DNA of 64,000 bases from Phoronis australis (Eukaryota > Animalia > Phoronida). Numbering within the stretch: the stretch's first letter is position 1; every line of letters begins with the position of its first letter. Of this stretch, positions 1 to 13,619 are shown one piece after another. A program made the translations under genes and the position numbers. The notes beneath the pieces were generated by a model that made no database searches, was not told where the DNA came from, and worked only from the letters and a program-made list of their open reading frames with translations. Where the stretch lies: NCBI GenBank assembly GCA_002633005.1, contig NMRA01000390.1, positions 352,836 through 416,835 of the forward strand. The letters run 5' to 3'.

Positions 1-1921
1 CGTAAACCAACTTTCTTGCTAGAGATCATGCAAAACCACTCAAAATCACGTGAGGCTACTGAAGTGATTGGTTGATGAGGTTGAACTGCTGAATTACGTG
101 ATACAATTAATAAATTAAGGGATATAATTGTAATTCACCGCCGCAAGTGCATCTTTAATATATTGCGTCTACGGAACACACCTAAGTACCATTGTTTCAC
201 CGTGACATTATACACTTACTTTCGGTGACAAAGAGTTGGTGCTGTGCTGCCCAAATGAGGGTGAACAACTACCCCCACGCGCAATTCGTGTTCAAATGCA
301 TAATGGAACGGTTGTCATCTCGTAAACTTCAGGTCATGTCACAGAAGACTTTCTGACTTATAAATCATGTAGTACGTCATTTGAGCATTGAAGACAAATA
401 CTCACTGTGGCGTGTGGATTGTCACAGCTGAGAAAATGCTTCATGCGGTAACGCAACAGCAGCAGGTTTGACATGCTAGATATTTTGCTGGCACGCGAGG
501 AAGTTACAGTTTGTGGTGACAACATTTCCTCGCGTGTCCGACCAGTCGGGGATCGCGCGGACGCAGTCACGTGACGTCTTTATGGCAGCGCCAACATCAA
601 CATAAAATAGTCTAAAGACATGATGGGAAGTTTTGCAGCTGGAAGGTCATATCCATTTTCAACGTCAGATGCGTTCACTCGAGTGAAGATTTCACAGATC
701 TTTTCGGAAAATTTTAGCAGACGTTCACCCGACGATCATAAAATTCCGCAAAAACCATTGGCCTCTGTTGACCAAAGTATTGCAAGTTTACACTAGGTGC
801 ATACGGAATGTGCCGATTATTGACTTTTACATAATACTTATTTGATATTTTGTTGGTATTTTTCTTAAAACCATTGCTTCTAGTCCATGTTTTATTAAAG
901 TGAAATCAATAAATTTTACATTACGTTCAGCGTTCGAGACGCTTAGCTAAACGCCAAGTCACATTTGGCGACCAGGCAAAAATTGCAGCTCACCAAATGA
1001 AATCTGAAGACGCTAAAACTGAAAATCTCGGGCGCCGAAATAATTATGAGGTTTCCTATCGGGCGTAAAAGTTCATCGACGAAAACGGTTGTACCGTCAC
1101 CCTCTCTCTCTTACCGTCCTCCAATTTCCCTGTAAATGCCCAATGCAGGCGTACCTTCATTATCGAGGTACACGCTATCCCTTCTCAAGTCAATGTCACC
1201 ACTTAAATAGTATTTTGTAGACCTAAGGAATTCGCGAGATATCGCCATGGATTACAAGCGAAACACGTGATTACCATAGATTTACTCTCCAATTTTTTGC
1301 CTTTTTCGAACAAATGTTTACGAGCTACTTGCCTAGTGTTATAGTGTTGTATTGGGTCCAGTCTACGAAGCCAGCGTGACTTCATTCGCTGTTACCCACA
1401 TATCCACATGATTCCACTACATTATCATAGTTAAAATAAAACTAAACATATTTGTGAAACGTTATGAAGGTCGGAATTTCCTTCACTTGCACTTGCGTGA
1501 CGTTTGTTTTGCTTTTTGTCAACGACAAACAAATTTTCTCGTTCGTTCCCCACACATCGTTGATATGCATATCCAGCGTATGAGAAAACCCAGTTTTACG
1601 CTTTCGTTAGCAATATCGTTGTGTTCACGCGCCCTGGTTGGCTTCAGTTATGAACTTGATTGGCAAGGAAATCACATACTTCTAAAACAAAGCAACTTTA
1701 TAGACAGGCATGGCGCTCAAGCAGTGTGTTTTAGTGTCAATCAAAGTCAAGTTGACTACCTGTCTTGGCAGTGAATACTCTTAACCGGGGGCTTCAGTTG
1801 TTTAACTAACAGCATTACCACTGCCCACGTTATCGGAATACAATTATGTCTTTGCAAGTTAGGCATCTGATTTTCATATTGAGAAAATATCGTCTCATTA
1901 TCATACGGTTTGTGGTGAGTT

Positions 1922-2178
1922 TATGCGCGCACCCAGGGGGCCGGGGGGGTCTCGGGGGGGGGGCTCGAATTTGGTCCGCTTCAGAGAAACGAAAAGTCCG
2001 AGAAAACGAGATAAAAAATCTGCTAAAAAGGCGCAAACGCAGAATTCAAATTCACAGCACGTACATCTCCGATCGTGGCACTGTTTTTTGTCGACTACTC
2101 GACTGACTATTTTCTTAGTAAAAGATGCAGATCGCCAGGAATTCGAGCCCCCCATATTGAAGGCTGAGTGCGCGCATG
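1922..2178. mobile_element. MITE with (C/T)ATGCGCGCAC terminal inverted repeats; copies at 8882-9122 and partial at ~32045-32230
   Basis: TIRs tatgcgcgcacccag / ctgagtgcgcgcatg; shared internal sequence (aaaagtccgagaaaacgag); flanks gagtt/gcgtt. Confidence 0.75.
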
Positions 2179-2348
2179 GCGTTCACGAGCTTGAGTCTCA
2201 AGTCAAACGGTTAACTTGAGTACACGAGGCACGGAATTTTCGTTGTGTTTAAACCTAATTTGAACGTACAATGACGCAATAATTTCACTAAAGAAAGTAT
2301 GATTGATAGTCTTCCTCGTTAATGCGTGAGTTAAAATCATCCTTTCAG

Positions 2349-5300
2349 GTGGGATTTAAAGGTGTACGGGGGTCGGATTTTTACGGTGACTACGCCATTG
2401 ATGACATCGCCATTACGGATTGCGATGACACCTCACTGACAACGACGACGACATCGACATCTGGCGGCGGTAGTGGAGCAACCGTACCTATCAACTTTGT
2501 GGGTATGACTTTGCCATTAGTTATCCCGTAGTTGTAATTATAGTCGTGCAACGGCAAGCTTGTTCGATACAAACTTCATCCATTTCAGTGTGACGTTATC
2601 GTGTTCATTATTAGTAGGCTAATATTAGCTTGAGCAACGAATTTCGCGGGCGACCTGTATTTCGTAATAGAGGCTATCCCGTCAAACTTTGAGTCTGTAT
2701 GGGTAGTCAGTGACATCTTGGCAATCGTCTCCATCTCATCTTCAGTTCATTGTATTCAAAATATGTCTTGAATCGACGATTTTGCACACATCAAACCAAG
2801 AACTAGTTTCTTTATTCACTCGCTGATTGGCTTATTTTCTCAATGCTGTTCTAGATCTGACTAATCACATTTCTTCTCAAGATTAGGTATGGCTTATCTT
2901 GGAACTTGTTACTCAACCAATTTTGACTTTAAGTAAAGCAATACTTGTTAAGCTTTCAAACGTGAACAAGATCAAATTCAGGTACATTCTGCATCTTTCA
3001 ACGGATAACCTATTTTTGTATCGATAATTCCCACAAGCTTACCTAATCTTGGTACCGATTCAACGAGCTCTGAATTCCATTTTTATTTCGATGCACCATG
3101 TTCTCACACGATCAATCAAATAAGACAATTTCAGAACATGGCTTACTTGATCTAGCCGCAGCTGTAGGCCTACGGTTACAAACCACTACTCAGAAGGTCC
3201 ACTGCTTCGAAGGCCGCCCACTACTTCGAAAAAACTACTACTACTCCGAACTCCAAAAAAAACACTGCTTTGAAAAATCCCATGCCGCCGCTAAACATGG
3301 ATCATTTGTTTTATACCACCACCTCGAATGGCCAATACAACCGTGTAATAATCCATTTAGTAAGATAACATTTTGGCGGTAACCGAGGCCGGTTTCGAAC
3401 CCGGTCCGAAAGAGTTTCGAGTCGTCGACTCTACAACCACACCACTCAGCAGCTGACGTCATCGAATGGAAAAATAGAATTCTTAAATGAGCACGCGCAA
3501 TAATCTCATGTTCGACAAAGGGCATTGTACCGACATTTATACGCTTTGAAAATAAGGCGCATAATTTCCATAAATACGATATTTTAATTCAGTGAAATTT
3601 TTCTCATGTTTTCTCACTTGTAAATTACCGGTCTCCAATTTGAATGCGGATATCGTGTCGTCAGGATCCTTCGACTTGAGCATTATACTCAGTTACCAGT
3701 AGTAACCTACTTTAGCTGACGATACTTACCCGGTCGCAGCTTAGCGTGATAAAATGTGTAGTAAGCTATAATAATTGCTAAACCTTAATTTATGGATTCA
3801 CTTTATTTTTATTTTGCTTAAATTTTCAAATGGTATTGAGTAAAAGCATTATTTGACAAAAATAGCTCGGCTTTTCTGAAAAAGTCACGACCTCTGATCC
3901 CGGGACTCTGACATAGAAAGTAGTCACAAAGTCGAAGCTAGTCGAGAAAGGCAGATCGATTCATTGCAATGTTTCTCGTTCAGTATGTGGTATAAATAGA
4001 TTATTACATGTTCTCAGTCGTTATCCCCCTTATCTAGAGCCCTCGTGGATTTTGGAGAATTATCGCCCCGAGGGGCGATAATTCTCCAAAATCCACTCGG
4101 CCACTAGAGTACGGAGGATAACGACTTCGCCATGTAATAATCTATATTTATTTAATAACATTAATATGATACGTTTTCTTTTGGTCAGCGAACTTAACTC
4201 CATATACTGTACAAAGACAGTAGAAACGACAGAAAAAATTTGGACTTCATTGTCCGAATTTTATTTCTTTGCATAGATTTTGATATTAAGTAAGCAATAA
4301 CAACCCGTTCGTGAAACTGGGAGAAGACTCCTGAAGGTCGATTTTGATATGTAAATATCAAAAAATATCCCGTTGTCGATGATCCCCCCTACCTCTCACT
4401 CTTGTTTGCTTTGGTAGAGGCCTAATTCTTATTCCGTGGCTTATTACCCCGTGCATGTCACAATTTCGCTTTCAAAATTTAAATTATTCATAAAACTCAA
4501 CGCGGGTTTAATTGATGTTAAAGGTTTTGTGACGATGTTATTATTGTTATTATCAACCACAATCCAATCCTTTTGTAGCATCTGTCCTGCATAACGAGTG
4601 AAAAAGATTTCCGCTTGTTTGTAACGTGTAAATTTGTAGGAAATCTACATGTTATTACATTTGCTTAATGTTAGGAAACATTAAACAAGAAAGACACCCT
4701 ATTCTGAAGTATTTTTGTGCACAGTCCTTAAAATTGCGGAACAAACAAAAATTGCTCATAAGGTTAAGGAAGCAGCGGTAACGGAGAACATCGGAAGCCC
4801 CCATTTTGGGGAACCTTCAATTCAGTATGTGGAAAATGACGAACCGTATCGAATGAGCGGGTACCATGGAATCTCCTATCTTTCGCAAGAAAACGGCCAA
4901 AGTAATCAAAAAGCAGACCATAAATGAAGTGTAAACTTGTGCAGCTAGAAAACTAAGTGGTATAGCCTACTCTGAAATGTGACCTGGACACAGCTGAGAT
5001 TTCCATGGTAAATTGAAGGTCAAGGCCAGTTTTCATTACCTGTCACTGTCAGTTTTGCGTGACAGGATGTAAACTGTGTAATAACTATGGGCGCAGATTG
5101 TTTAAACTCACCTATAGGCCTACTGTCTTGGTTGACAGTGAAAATAAACTTTTGTAGAGTACGGGAACACCAAAGAGTTCTACGGTTATACACATGGCGA
5201 CATCTACAGTCGAGGATATCCGGATGGTTACTCGTATAACGACTGCAAAAACCAGACTTGGAAAATCACCGTTCAGAGTGACTACGAGATACAGATACAA

Positions 5301-8300
5301 ATAAAGGAATTCGAAACCTCCCCAAACCACGTCTTAACGGTAAGCATTAACGCACGGGCCACCTTTAAACTAGATGAAGAAAAAACAGACGAACACCCAT
5401 TCATCGTCAGCGCATTTTGAAAACACTGGAACTATTTACCAAGCAGATGCAGTTTTGTTGTATTTGCAGTTTTAAAGATAACCTGGTGGCTTAATTGAAT
5501 TTGTTGTTTTTGTCTTGGTCCAGGTGCTTGTTTCACTAAGCTGTCGTAATTTTATGACGTTTTCTTGCATGACACAGTCTAAACGAAGACTTACGATATG
5601 TTGTAAGTTTTGGCGTAAGTCTTCATTTAGACTATGTGTAAAAACGTAAAGATGCGACATATAGTGGAAGAGGACATAGTTTTCAGATAGGCGCAATTTT
5701 CGTAATTGATTAAGGGGAATGAAGACCTACAGGTACTAAAAATTTCAGTAATTCGTTTTCAGCCCTAGAAAACGTAAAAAAAAACGATATAGGCTCTGAC
5801 CAAAGTGCTAAGCCCTGAAGTAAATAACCGATAGGCTCTGACGAAAGTTGTATGCGCTATCGTAAACAACCGATAGGCTCCGACCAAAGTTTTATGCGCT
5901 GTTGTTGCAACTTTAGTGATGTCATAACAATTAGTTATGGTACATTGGTCACCAAGGATCGAATTTCTTGAATAGTAAGTGATTTTTAAAATTCGTGATG
6001 ATGACCGAATTGTATTGTGTGCACAAAAATATTTCCCTGTTGTTCATTATCACGAGATTGCGTTTTTTTAAGAAATGCAGATTTTTCACGGAGATAGCCG
6101 TAAACACGATTTTGTTAGCAAGACACTTGCACATTCTGTTTTTTTACTTTGTTAGCCGCAAAAGCGTGTCTGGGTTTTTGTTTTTAGGCAATTTGACTGT
6201 TTTAATTTATCGTTGATTCTTTTTAATTTTCCTATTTTGCCTCCAGTTACACCTCAACAGGGATCACTGAATTAGTTACACCCGCTAAAGCAGAGCCACT
6301 TGTGGCAAAAACGTGAAATTTACATGTCTTTAGTTACTGAAAAGTCACGTAGTTAATATTGAAATACTTTTGAAGATGGTTTAATTTCGTTTCACGATGC
6401 CCTTTTTATGGTTTCATGACGGCGTTCTCCCGTTCAATGACTTTAACAGTCGTAGCGGGTTGTGAGCGTGTGATAACATCTAGCTCCTTTGTTAACTGCC
6501 AAGCACAGTCTTTTGTCTGGTATGACATCAGGCAGGCCAATTTTCTACCAGGCTTATTACAGGCCACGTGTGAACACAGTCAATTCCAGAATGAAATGGT
6601 ACGTTCGGAAAGAATAGATTGTCGGAACTTCGGTTGTAGTTGTGCGATTTTGGCGATTCAAAAACTAAACATGATCACCATTTGACGAGGATTTAAGAAA
6701 TGCTACTGCTTTATGTTCAAATACGTTATAACTTAACTTTTATTTTTAATCGCACAGCCCAGTCAGCCTAGATACGATCTTATTGGAGAGCTGGCCCTCC
6801 AACCATAAATGCCAGAAGTTAATCAGTCACGTAAGATATTGCCTACAGGGGTCATCTTCCCAACTTGTTGTTGGGCTATAGAATCAACAAGTTGGGAGCA
6901 ACGGGAAAACGCCGTAATGTAACGGCTTTGGGTATATTGCCAGATTTACCGAATTTCGTTGGCGTTTTTTTATAATTTTGAGTACCCCAGAGTTTACCGT
7001 TTTGGCTTATCACGTTTTGTTTTCGTGCCCCTCACGTTTTCCATGAAATAAGACAGAGTTAGGTTGTCAAACATCGTCAAATAAGAATGCTCATTAAAAC
7101 CTCCTCAAAAGAGCGCCGATTTCAAGATAGTGACTACACCGCTGCATTTCCCTAGATGGAGATTTTGCAATTTTCTTGGGATTGCGAAATACGTGAAGCT
7201 GATGAGCATAATCTAAGATGCGAAGTTTTCTATCAAATCAATTCAAATTTGCCGTTTGAATTAAGTCACGTGGACTGGCCGGGCTCCAAATCTTTTTGCT
7301 TGAGATAGAGCGCGAACTTATTTTCGTCAATTTTCGTTCTTCTTTTTTGCAAATGCAAGATAAGTGCCTTTTATTCAGTGCTCAAATACGTTATGGTCTA
7401 TGCAAATGAGATTCTAGTCCACGTTCGTACTTTATGATGCCTCGATTCGAATTAAAAACTCCAGTAAAACTTGAGATTTTGAGTAAAAAGTCGATATTTC
7501 AAGTTCAGACTCCATTTTCTATCCTTATTGTTGAGGCTGTTCAGTAAGAACTAGGATTAGGCAATTATGAACGTATGCCGTTACGCACTCAGCGCAGAAT
7601 AATAGACACTTATCTTGAGTTGCGCAAAAGTACAACAGAAAATGTGAAAAAAATGCGAAAAAAGATTAGACTGTGGAGCGTAATGTGTACACTTGGATTT
7701 GCATATTGTTTAATATGATGTCAAATTGATGAATTAGTCAATGTCATAAAACAATGACTACCTTTTTTTTCTGGGAAACGGTGTCAAACACCCTTGAAGT
7801 AGTTTAGGCGGAGTATTCCACATTAAATTATCTCACATTTTTCCTGCAATGTACTCTGTGTGAAGGCATCTGCCACAGACATCTATCGCACGTTGCTAAT
7901 ATTACCCTAAAAGTTGTTTACGTGTAATAAATTCGTTGAATTTCTAAGTCATTGGACAAACTATAAGAAGAATCCTAAGTCAACATGAATTGTCATGACG
8001 TTGGTTTAACTTGTACACCAACACTGTCATGACATGTTTGCTTAACTTGTACACCACGACTGTCATGACATGTTTGCATAACTTGTACACCACGACTGTC
8101 ATGACATGTTTGCATAACTTGTACACCACGACTGTCATGACATGTTTGCATAACTTGTACACCACGACTGTCATGACATGTTTGCATAACTTGTACACCA
8201 ACACTGTCATGACATGTTTGCTTAACTTGTACACCACGACTGTCACGACATGTTTGCTTAACTTGTACAAAACAGTTGTCGTTTCTCCAATGATTAAGAA

Positions 8301-10075
8301 ATAGCAGTAATCGTGGAAAAATCGACCAGCAGTTGAGTTGAAGGGATTTGTCTGTTGAATTGTTGGTTAAAGTATTCGTTAGTTTGTCTTGACACCTTTG
8401 AACACCGCCACATTTAAGTGATCCGATACATTCTATCCTTTACTGTTCTCACCTGAAGCTCTACGACATGACGAGGAACTCCATTCAGACTCTCTACAGT
8501 TACTGGAAAGTGACGTCATTCTCGGGGCGCAATTTCACAAGTTCCGTTCTCGATACCAACACTCACCAGTTGTACCTCAACTTCACTTGTAAAAAGAACT
8601 ACTACTACTACAACTACAACTACAATGACAATTACAAGGGGTTTCACTTATCGTGGTTTTTGCACGATAGCATGGGAAATGAAGTGTTCAAGTCAAATGA
8701 AGCACCGGGATCGAGCGCCCCTTTGTCCCGCTCAGGTTTGTACATATGTAACTGCTGAATTATATAGTTCTGGCGTTGAAAGTTTGATTCAACCTTGCTG
8801 CCATCCTCCATCTTGGGTTCTGGGTGAATTATAGCGACGGTCACCTAACATTGTTGAATACCATAAACACGTGTGCGTTTGCACGCGCGCACTCGGGTGG
8901 GGGGGGGGTTCGGGGTAGGGACGAAGTTGGAAAAAGGTCCGCCTCAGAAAAACAAAAAGTCCGAGAAAACGAGACTAAAGTCCACTAAAAAGGCATAAAC
9001 GCGCAATTCACAGCTCCTAACGTGGTACCCCGTTTTTTCAGTCCTCTCGCTTTTTTGTTTGTAAAAGGTCCAAGTCGTCGGAAATTCCAGCCTCCCCATA
9101 TTAAAGGCTGGGTGCGCTCATGGTTTGTAATAAATGATTATTAATGCGTTTTTGCATGAACATCAGATAATTACAACTTATGGAACTTTATTTTTCATTA
9201 GCCGGAAAATGTTATCAATCAGCCAAAAGTCTTCTAAACATATAGTAGTGAGTACAAGTTCTTATTGTTTTTATTTTTCCATTATTTTTGTAGTTTACAT
9301 CGGAATTGGTGTCGGAGCAGGGCTTCTAGTTGTTCTACTGGCGGTCACCTGTTGTTGTTGCTGCTTTTGTAATCAGAAAACAACAGTATCATCTTCAACT
9401 CATACTGCTAATGGCACTGACACAGGCTCCCGCGGTCAAGGCTATATCAACCAGTCCTATTCTTCTGGTCAACAGATGGCTATGCAAGCGGTATACCCAA
9501 CCGCTAACTATGAGCGGCCTCAGCAATACAGTGGTCAAGCACCACCGGCGTATGCTACACTTCAACAGGGGGTGGGACAACCGGCATACACTGGTGTCGC
9601 CCCGAGCAGCAATTTTGCACAGACGACCCAACCAACAGGTGGCAACATTTATCCTGCTCCAATGGGTTACAGTTACAATTCGCCTCCTGCTGCGGGGTAT
9701 GGTTATCGTGCTTCACCTGCTTATACCAATTCTGGTTACACCAACACTGCTTACATCCATGAACCTGTCGCCCAAAACAATGCAGACCAGCAACCTTCTG
9801 TTACCGACGTAGCCGACCCGACTGGACAAACTACATCTCACTTAGTTCCATCACGATCAGAGTCGGCGCCAAATGCATTCCAGACCGTTAACAACCAAAG
9901 CACGAGGCCTCTACCGTCGGCACCGCCGTCTAACGGATTGCCTCCCGTAGAGAGCCTCCCTCCACCGCCTGGTTATGACGAGATCTTATCGAACACGTAT
10001 TCCACACCACCGGAACCTGCGGTATACAATGCTCCACCTCAAATGCCAACCGTCAGTGAATCGACTACAAAATGA
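2349..10075 (+). CDS. 3' part of a multi-exon type-I membrane protein (MAM C-terminus, CUB domain, TM helix, Cys string, Pro/Tyr-rich cytoplasmic tail); exons 2349-2502, 5158-5339, 8459-8735, 9294-10075
   Basis: GT-AG introns with compatible phases (1,0,1) give one open frame: VGFKGVRGSDFYGDYAIDDIAITDC (MAM end motif), GDIYSRGYPDGY..C...TWKITV and LYLNF...KGFHLSW (CUB), VYIGIGVGAGLLVVLLAVT-CCCCCFC (TM plus Cys), then a tail with PPAY and PPGY. Upstream exons not located. Confidence 0.8.
3996..4145. repeat. Foldback (palindromic) element, possibly a non-autonomous Crypton-like repeat
   Basis: Ends atagattattacatg / catgtaataatctat; perfect central hairpin gtggattttggagaattatcgcccc-ga-ggggcgataattctccaaaatccac. 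Confidence 0.7.
8007..8268. repeat. 36-bp minisatellite, about 7 copies
   Basis: Unit taacttgtacaccacgactgtcatgacatgtttgca; explains the repetitive ORFs at 7980-8304. Confidence 0.95.
8882..9122. mobile_element. MITE, same family as 1922-2178, with 5-bp target-site duplication GTTTG
   Basis: gtttg|cacgcgcgcactcgg ... ctgggtgcgctcatg|gtttg. Confidence 0.8.
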
Positions 10076-10145
10076 AGACATAATAACGTGGTCACCATCC
10101 TATTATACAACTCTACTTCTTCTGACATATGTGCAAGGGGGTCTT

Positions 10146-10430
10146 ATCTTTTTACTGAGAATCGAACTCGAAATTGTTCTCTATTATTTTTGTGTGAACT
10201 CAAGATAAGCGTCTATTATTCTGTGCTCGATTATTACGTGAATAACTTTTAAATCCTATTTGCACTTGATAACCCCAGCTTAAGGCTATAAGTTCGAGTC
10301 TGAAAACATGGAGGAAAAACTTAAAAACATAATTGATAATGCACTGGAGCACATAGTAATAGACACCTATCTTAAGTTCGCACAAAGTAGAATAGAAAAT
10401 AATATCGAGCTCGATTTCGAGTGAAACAGT
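10146..10430. mobile_element. TIR element related to 45421-45815 and ~7300-7660
   Basis: Shared aactcaagataagYgtctattattct and its inverted counterpart atagacacctatcttaagttcgcacaaa. Confidence 0.65.
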
Positions 10431-10589
10431 TAGACAGCGTTCCCTGGTGGGTCTACTGCAGTCTTGAAAATAATATCAAGCAGAAGGTTATGTTTTAATT
10501 TGGTTGTTTCTGTAGGGGACACTAATACCTGTACTTTGATGTTTACGCAGACTTTTTACCATCGAAAATTGCCCTTGCCCCAAACACTG

Positions 10590-10910
10590 GTGTACCGTTT
10601 AGAGAATTTTTTGCTACTGATCAATTATTTCGGAGAGTTTGGAGATAGTTCTAGTGCCGACTTTGGGGGAACATGTCTCAAAGATGTATTTTGTCCCGTT
10701 TAGCTGACAAAAATAAAATCAAAATAGGCCTTTTACTCTCGAAATTGGTATCATAATATTCCTTCACAGTGATAGGATACTGTTTCCGTTACCAACGAGA
10801 ACATAGAAACCAACGGTGACTCAATAAGTAACTTCAGAGTTTATTGAGGTTGACTAATCCTAAAATTGCGAATTCGAAAATGGTGCATGTACCCATTGCT
10901 CGTGACTTGA
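10590..10910. repeat. Dispersed repeat, second copy at ~17527-17832 and inverted fragment near 15050-15200
   Basis: Shared gagaatttttt...ttcggaga.tttggagat...ctaaaattgcgaattc.aaaatg...cattgc.cgtgac. Confidence 0.6.
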
Positions 10911-11125
10911 AATGATAACGAAACAGAACCCTATCTCCGTAAGAAGTGTGAAACCGATTTTATGAGAGAAAGGGACCTAATTTGATTTTTGCATTTTAGT
11001 TACACCAAACCAAATTCTGTTTTAAGTAAGGCGTTCAAATGCAACTTGGGCAAAAACGTTATTCGGTTAGGCCTACATGTACGTCACAACGGAACGTATG
11101 GGAACAGTGATAAGGCAAAGACGCG

Positions 11126-11471
11126 TATCGTTGGCCAAATGGTGAACGCTACGCACGTAAATTACACGTAAAGTAATTATTTGCTGCGTACAATAAGTGC
11201 GGGGTAACTTAAATACTTTACGCCGCAATTAATTACTTTACACGGCAAGAAATTACTTTGCGACGTAAATAACTACTTTAAGCCACAAATAATTGCTTTA
11301 CGCCTCGAAATAATTACTTTACGCCGTTAAAAGTTACTTTACATCGCAAATAATCGTTTTACGCCGCAAATAATTGCTTTAGGCCTCTAAATAATTACTC
11401 TACGCCTCTAACAAGAGCTAATGTACGCACGTAATATACTTGCGTAACGTTCACCCATTTGGCCAACGATA
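11126..11471. mobile_element. Non-autonomous TIR element (TAT...ATA ends, 6-bp TSD GACGCG) filled with ~20-bp degenerate tandem repeats; IS3EU-like signature
   Basis: gacgcg|tatcgttggccaaatggtgaacgctacgca ... tgcgtaacgttcacccatttggccaacgata|gacgcg; internal unit aattactttacgccgcaaat. Confidence 0.8.
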
Positions 11472-13619
11472 GACGCGCCTGCAAGTGTTTGAAAGTCAAG
11501 TTTCACATTGCTCCGTCCAATGAGCTATACTGGTATAGCTCATTGCATAGTGCTAATGACCTCGTGCCAGCAATGGAACTTTCTAGACTTAACTTTCATG
11601 ACGCCTGAACCCTAGGCTTCATTGCATTTTCTGACTAGATGTACGCATCTTTTCCTGACATCGCCGCCACAAATGTTATTTGTCCTTTTGCATAGTTCTA
11701 GGTTATTCGTTAAACACATTGATACGGTGCTAGGCCTCTTTACTGGCAATCGTATTTAATTGTAGACCAGGTTACTTCCTGATTTTTGTACTTGGTGTTG
11801 TCTATTTTATATGACTTTTTGCGTAATCATTATTCCTGACACCCTTTTGCCGCCTTCTCGTATAGTTGTGTTCTGTAGGATTTTTGTAGATATTTTATTT
11901 TTCTTAGCCATATAGTAGACATGCAAGTTTCCGTATGAAGGTCCTCCTTTGGCACATAGCTTGATACCTAGAACCAATATCAAATGTATATTACTCCCAG
12001 CTTGATACACAGTAGTTATGTAACTACATAGCAGCCCTATTATGTAACAAAATACGTTTTACTTTCAATAAAATATTTTAAAACTGCCAACTGTCTTTTT
12101 ATTGTGATTGAAACTCGCATGCCACACCACTTTGATTTTTACCGGTACATTTATATCCAAGTTTGCCTGCCCGTTAATGGTTTATCTGTCCATGCTGTAC
12201 TTCGTTTCGATATTAACCTTCCCCTGCAGGTTACATGTTGATGATTTACTTTACTTTCTGTTTTCAGAAAACATGTCCATTTTCTGCCTTGCAGCCGGAG
12301 CTTCCCTTACAGCACATGCATTCGGGTGAGGTTACTCCCCAGCCATTGTCGCAACGCCCACCTTTTCTGGTACGCAAGTTAATCGTTCCACCGCAATACC
12401 CAACAGTTGTGGATTATCTCTTGACCTGAGCACATAGGAACCTGAACGTCAGTTATCTTCAGCTGAACTACCCTAGCTCATACACGGTGCATTAGATTCG
12501 TACTAATCGCGGGGGGGGGGGGGGCGGCACTNNNNNNNNNNNNNNNNNNNNGGGGGGGGGGGGCGGCACTAAACTTGGGATAATAAAGCGTGCCCTAAAT
12601 CTGCTGAAATTCGCCAGGATTTGCTCCGATACGAGTGCGAGTGACTTGGGTTTTGGGGGCGACTTGGGGACACGGGGAAGACCCGGCCGGGAGCGTTGGG
12701 TGGCCTCTGTACCATGCGATGCTCGGCGGTGGGAACCACTGCAGGTCTTCCAGGTATGTTTGTGCCTGCACTGTTATGTATATGCAATTTCCCTTGTAGT
12801 TAAGGCATAGCAGTGTCTGGTAGGTAGGTGTGGTATGGTGTCAGTAGCGGTGCCTCAGTGTAATGCACAGCAACCACAACTCCGGCTCTGGCGTCGACCA
12901 GGGTGTGGTTGGGTTTCGAGCTCTGCGGCAGCGGTACTGCTCATCGTGAAGTATCTAATCTATCCTCGTGGGCTGTGCCCGAAGTCGAACGTCGTGCCTG
13001 CTCTCCGGAGGGGGATGAGCTACAATGATTATGGAGTCAAATCCGGGAATGGCATCGGTCCCTTTCTCATTGGTTCTGACTACATTTTCCCCCCATTTTT
13101 GCCACTCCTCTACCAGGGTAACGGCCCCCACGCGGGTTGTGGCACGGGACAGGATTGTTCATCCATGAACAACCCTGCCCATGTGGCACATACTGAGCCA
13201 CAACAACACGTTCCTTACAATGTCTCTTTTTACCACTCCGGCTGGTCTGCTCACTCAGCTTCCCCGGAACCCTGCTTTGCAGGTTGTTATAGCCCAGTTG
13301 GCTGGCGGGTGTACCCACTTGGTACTTTATATGATATTTGCCCATTTGGCAGTTTGTACCCAGTTGGTACTTGTTATTGAATTTGCCGTTTTGCTCGACC
13401 CAGTTGGTAGGCAATCGGCCAATACCCATTTGGTATTATGTATCCATTTGGTACTATGCTAACCTGTGTGTGTTATCTCTCGTAATTAAGGAACTCATCT
13501 GGTTCCTTCTGTGTTTGTAGAACTGTGACCCTGAAATTCCCAATACAACTCAAAATATACATTATTCTTGTTGTTTTATTTGTCCCCAATAAGTCAAAAT
13601 CAGCGCACATGACCCGAAC

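Noticed and set aside
7199-7250. Hammerhead-like CTGATGA-stem-GAA
   Set aside because: Core reads GAAG rather than GAAA, and stems I and III are not convincing.
7980-8304. Repetitive ORFs / CRISPR-like periodicity
   Set aside because: Head-to-tail 36-bp minisatellite with no unique spacers, in a eukaryotic intron.
12510-13520. G-rich ends around a short N gap and overlapping ORFs at 12569-13520
   Set aside because: The duplicated ggggcggcact flanks the gap (assembly overlap); the ORFs have no recognisable motif and are probably repeat-derived.
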